A stretch of 63,777 nucleotides of DNA, the filler included, from Octopus bimaculoides (lineage: Eukaryota), in the NCBI RefSeq assembly GCF_001194135.2. It is 8 parts of 8 records of this genome, joined end to end, with 100 filler letters (N's around TTAATTAATTAA, not from the genome) between each part and the next. Parts side by side here need not be neighbours in the genome. Positions count along the whole stretch, not along the records: positions 62,078 to 63,777 come from NW_026307437.1; 7 more parts are not named here. One strand, 5' to 3'. The position numbers and the translations under genes are program-made. This document shows, one piece after another, positions 62,227-63,777 of the stretch. Every line of letters begins with the position of its first letter. Position 1 is the stretch's first letter. The notes below the pieces were generated by a model that worked only from the letters and a program-made list of their open reading frames with translations, was not told where the DNA came from and searched no databases.

Positions 62227-62739
62227 TATATTTACTTGTGTGTTTATACATACATATATGTATGTATGCATGTATCTATTTATATATAGTTAGACGTGTA
62301 TGTATATATTTACATGTGTAATCAATACGGCTTTTCCTATATACATGTAGAATTGAAAAGACGATCACATGCTTCAGATGTCTTATTTTAACTTTTCTAA
62401 AACTAATCTAAGCATATGCTACATTTCTAGTCTGCAGTCACAATCTACAGTATATTTTTTTATAGGTTACGTCTGAGAAAATACATAATAATGAGTATAA
62501 TATTCTCCAACTGAGTAGAATAAACTTCAAAAAAATATGATATATTTGAACCGAGTTTTATATAGTGTACCCACAAATTAGACAGTTTTATCGAACTGGA
62601 CAGAATATATTCAAGCTTGGAAGAATAAAAGACTGTTATTCTTTCGTTTATGACGACGAATGTTCCAATTGATTCGATTAAAGGAACAGCCTGGTCGTGA
62701 AATTAACGTGCAAATGGCTGAGTCCTCTACGGCATGTAT

Positions 62740-63562
62740 ACCTTGAAGTCAAATGATCGTCGGATGACTCCAGAGATTCCATTTGCTTTTGCAGTTGCTT
62801 GGTTTATCTGGTTTCTGAAGGTCAGCCCTTTGCCGATCAAGACGCTAAGATACCCCTCCTCCTCACTTTCTGCTAGCTCCACCACAGTCTGTTCCCCCTG
62901 TGCATCCTGACCTCTCATGTAGTAATTCCTGTCCGTCTTCGGGTTCCCCACTCTCAAGATGGAACACTTCTCGGGATGGAACCGCATTTGCCAGTTCGTC
63001 GACCACTCGTGAAGGCGATCCAGGTCGTCTTGCAGCGTTGCCATGGTCACATCAACGTCATTCCTTGCGAAGATCTTTGTGTCGTCAGCAAATAACCTGG
63101 CGTGGCTCTGGACATGTCGAGACAGATCGTTTATATTACATGAGAAACAGCACTGCGCCAATGACACTGCCTTGTGGGATGCCACTTGTCATCTCTCCCC
63201 TCTCTAATTTCGCGCCGTTGACACAGACTCGTTGTGACCGGTGGCTCAATAAGTCCTGGATCTACTGAAGGACATTTCCCTTGATACCGTGAGCTTCTAC
63301 TTTGGCTACAAACCTACGATGTGGGACGCTGTTGAACGCTTTCATGTAATCCGTGTCGATCGCATCGACTCCTCCCACTGCATACAAGGCCTCTGTCAAG
63401 AACGTCAAGCAATTGCATCACATACGATCTCCTCTATTGTGAACCCATGCTGTTCTTGGTTGATAAGTTCGTTTCGCCGCAGGCGTTCGGTGATGTGCTC
63501 ACGAACAAGCACCTACATCACCTTGCACAGTACGTAGGTCAAGCTTACTGGCCTGTAGTTGT
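62740..63562 (-). mobile_element. CR1-clade LINE RT fragment
   Basis: NYRPVSLTYVLCKVM; QHGF; YMKAFNSVPH; RLFADDTKIF; LQDDLDRLHEWSTNWQMRFHPEKC; LTFRNQINQATAKANGISGVIRRSF. Confidence 0.92.
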
Positions 63563-63574
63563 TGACCGCAAAAC

Positions 63575-63652
63575 GTAGAAGGCACTTACCCAAGGTGCCA
63601 CGCAGTGGGACTGAACCCGGAACCATGTGGTTAGGAACCAGGCTTCTCGCTA
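63575..63652 (-). mobile_element. SINE family B head
   Basis: gtagaaggcacttacccaaggtgccacgcagtgggactgaacccggaaccatgtgg. Confidence 0.85.
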
Positions 63653-63745
63653 GCACATAGACACACACACACATAGAAAATACACATATATATATATGAT
63701 CGTTTAAGCAAAATTGTCATTGATTTCAAACCAAATATACATAAA

Positions 63746-63777
<32 letters not shown>

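Overview
Eukaryotic, AT-rich, microsatellite-laden genomic DNA. The SINE, LINE and microsatellite content suggests a coleoid cephalopod, probably Octopus (inference). The window is not one contiguous locus: seven 100-bp spacers (N44-TTAATTAATTAA-N44) join eight scaffold pieces, so adjacency across them is unproven. The only host gene I can support is the 5' half (4 spliced exons, about 267 aa) of an SLC22-family MFS transporter at 11486-17049; its scaffold ends at 17725. The rest is decayed mobile DNA: Penelope-like RT, RTE, Tx1, CR1 and R4/Dong-type (RLE) LINE fragments, mariner, Tc1 and pogo elements and MITEs, three tRNA-headed SINE families, and simple repeats. The main hidden signal is a dense set of type-I hammerhead ribozyme (HHR) motifs. 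Seven have both core segments CUGANGA and GAAA intact (26350+, 40478+, 41777-, 44837+, 45745+, 59305-, 59430+), and several more are decayed. Many sit in short fold-back (inverted-repeat) mini-elements next to dinucleotide microsatellites. All alignments and pairings were done by eye; no folding or database searches were run.
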